A stretch of DNA of 64,000 nt from an uncultured Bradyrhizobium sp. (lineage in GTDB: Bacteria > Pseudomonadota > Alphaproteobacteria > Rhizobiales > Xanthobacteraceae), in NCBI RefSeq assembly GCF_936943645.1, contig NZ_CAKZJO010000101.1, positions 28,127-92,126 on the forward strand. Reading direction: 5' to 3'. The first letter of the stretch is position 1; each line of letters starts with the position of its first letter. The translations under genes were made by a program, and so were the position numbers. The notes beneath the pieces are model-generated. The model was not told the DNA's origin and searched no databases. It saw only the letters and a program-made list of their open reading frames with translations. Shown piece after piece: positions 62,483 to 64,000 of the stretch.

Positions 62483-63496
62483 CTAAGCCGCCGCTCTAAG
62501 CCCAAACGCCTCCGCCAGCAGCGAATACGACTTCTTCCGTGCCGCGTGATCATACACCGCGGTGATCACCATCAGTTCGTCCGGCCTGCTCGCATCGATC
62601 AGCGGCTGCAGCTTCCTCTGCACCGTCGCGGGATTGCCGACGAACAGGCGGGAGCGGTTGCGCAGGATCGAGGTGCGCTCGGCGTCGGAATAGGGATAGG
62701 CCAGTGCCTCCTCGACGCTCGGCAGCGGCAGGTACTGACCGCGGTCGCGGCGCAGCCGGTTGAGATCGAACGACGAGGCGAGCCGTTCGGCCTCCTCATC
62801 GGTATCGGCCGCGATGGCGGCAACCGCGAGGATTGCATGCGGGGCAGCTCGCCACGCCGAGGGCTGGAAGCGATTGCGATAGTGCACCATCGCATCGACC
62901 GCGTCGTGGGAGGCGAAGTGATGGGCGAAGGCGAAGCCCATGCCGACCTGGGCGGCGAGCTCCGAGGAATAATCGCTGGAGCCGAGCAGCCAGATCGGCG
63001 GCAGGGCGGTGTCGTCGGGCATGGCAACGACGTTGTTATAGGGGTGGCCCGCGGGGAATTCGCGGGTCTGCCACAGGATCAATTCGTGCAGCCGCTCCAG
63101 GAAATCGTCGCCCTCGCGGCGGTCGAGCCGGCTGCGCAGCGCGTAGGCCGTCGCGCCGTCGGTGCCGGGGGCGCGGCCGAGACCGAGATCGATGCGGCCG
63201 GGAAACAGCGCCTCCAGCATCTTGAAGCGCTCGGCAACGACCAGCGGGGCGTGGTTGGGCAGCATCACCCCGCCGGAGCCGACGCGGATATGCTTCGTGA
63301 CGGCCGCGATCTGGCCGATCATGACGTCGGGCGCGGGGCTCGCGACCGAGGCGAGGTTGTGGTGCTCGGCGAGCCAGTAGCGGACATAGCCGAGGCCATC
63401 GACATGGCGCGCCAGATCGATGCTGTTGCGCAGCGCCGCGGCGGGCTTGGTGCCCGATGTGACGACCGAGAGATCGAGGACGGAAAGCGGGATCAT
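62483..63496 (-). CDS. Luciferase-like (LLM class) flavin-dependent oxidoreductase
   Basis: Sequence [15 protein letters not shown]...[13 protein letters not shown]...[33 protein letters not shown]. It was trimmed to ATG 63496. Confidence 0.85.
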   Translation of the reverse strand: MIPLSVLDLSVVTSGTKPAAALRNSIDLARHVDGLGYVRYWLAEHHNLASVASPAPDVMIGQIAAVTKHIRVGSGGVMLPNHAPLVVAERFKMLEALFPGRIDLGLGRAPGTDGATAYALRSRLDRREGDDFLERLHELILWQTREFPAGHPYNNVVAMPDDTALPPIWLLGSSDYSSELAAQVGMGFAFAHHFASHDAVDAMVHYRNRFQPSAWRAAPHAILAVAAIAADTDEEAERLASSFDLNRLRRDRGQYLPLPSVEEALAYPYSDAERTSILRNRSRLFVGNPATVQRKLQPLIDASRPDELMVITAVYDHAARKKSYSLLAEAFGLRAAA

Positions 63497-63890
63497 GGCG
63501 GCGTAACCTAATGGAGAGCCGGGCGGCGACAATGGGCCCGCTGCGCAGGTCTGACGTGTGCTGGCCACGAGCCGAGGCGCCCGACGAACCAAGCCGATGG
63601 GCCAATTAACGCCTCGATAACTTATGTCTTGTCTTGCCCACTCGAAATATCGGAACAATTACAGCCCTAGATTTCATATTCGCATTGATATTGCTTATAT
63701 TATAAATGGACGCCAATTTCCCACTCAATCCATAAAATGACCGATAATTCTATATATCACACCGGAAGTGGGCTACTTCCCATCTCCGATGGGCTGTCGA
63801 TTGACGGGCCTTTAGCTTATTCTGCGCCTCCAAGCCAAACCTGACCGTCGGCCGCCGAAACCCGGCGACAAATCTGGAGTGAGTGGTGCC

Positions 63891-64000
63891 ATGACCGATC
63901 TGACGATCCCTGCCCGCGCCGACGGGCAAGACGGGCACCTGAAGCGGCCTGCGATCTCCTTCGAGTTCTTCCCGCCCAAGACGGAAGACATGGAGCGCAA
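63891..64000 (+). CDS. metF: Methylenetetrahydrofolate reductase, N-terminal fragment (runs off the right edge)
   Basis: Hand translation gives MTDLTIPARADGQDGHLKRPAISFEFFPPKTEDMER. The ISFEFFPPKT block is the typical MetF N-terminus. A GGAG lies upstream. Confidence 0.7.
   Translation, partial: MTDLTIPARADGQDGHLKRPAISFEFFPPKTEDMER

Noticed and set aside
63780-63890. Possible SAM-II-type riboswitch in the metF leader (cgatt...gctt segments)
   Set aside because: I could not find the conserved 3' AAAGC pseudoknot strand or a convincing P1/P2 arrangement. A covariance-model search (Rfam SAM-II, SAM-V, SAM-SAH) would be needed. From the sequence alone, a riboswitch is not supported.

Overview
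Read by eye with no tools, so all product calls rest on recognised motifs and start codons are often approximate. The window is a high-GC (about 64-65%) alphaproteobacterial chromosome segment. REP hairpins, a membrane-anchored cytochrome c (CycM) and the gene order suggest Bradyrhizobium or a close relative; that is an inference. It is densely coding core chromosome. I saw no transposase, integrase, prophage, CRISPR array, tRNA or rRNA.

Gene content, left to right:
- Divergent sulfate-assimilation genes: cysI-DUF2849-cysG on the minus strand, cysD-cysNC on the plus strand.
- Malate synthase G.
- Two tandem paralogous chemoreceptors.
- An envelope cluster: DUF2865 protein, L,D-transpeptidase, AI-2E transporter, DUF883 protein, holin-like protein, OpgC.
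- A TetR regulator abutting a CHASE/HWE histidine kinase.
- About 13 kb of co-directional minus-strand genes: urtABCDE (urea ABC transporter) then ureD-A-B-C-E-F-G. Three non-urease passenger genes sit inside the ure cluster, and a sigma-54 promoter lies upstream of urtA.
- A DEAD-box helicase, an extended IF-1 and CspA.
- A complete Tad/Cpa (Flp) pilus locus.
- An M17 aminopeptidase and an NlpC/P60 peptidase, convergent with a yejABEF-type peptide importer that carries two binding-protein genes.
- cycM, kdsB, pheA, a luciferase-like oxidoreductase and the start of metF.

I found no clear novel multi-gene system such as a defence island or toxin module. The leads most worth follow-up are modest:
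- CtrA-type boxes at the tad promoters.
- A small (p)ppGpp-hydrolase-like HD protein and other passengers inside the urease operon.
- The RG-tailed helicase/IF-1/CspA cold-shock-type module.
- The duplicated YejA importer next to cell-wall and peptide peptidases.
- A DUF2849 gene translationally coupled inside the sulfite-reductase operon.
- Several REP/MITE-like hairpin families placed inside operons.
- A sharply AT-rich tract upstream of metF.
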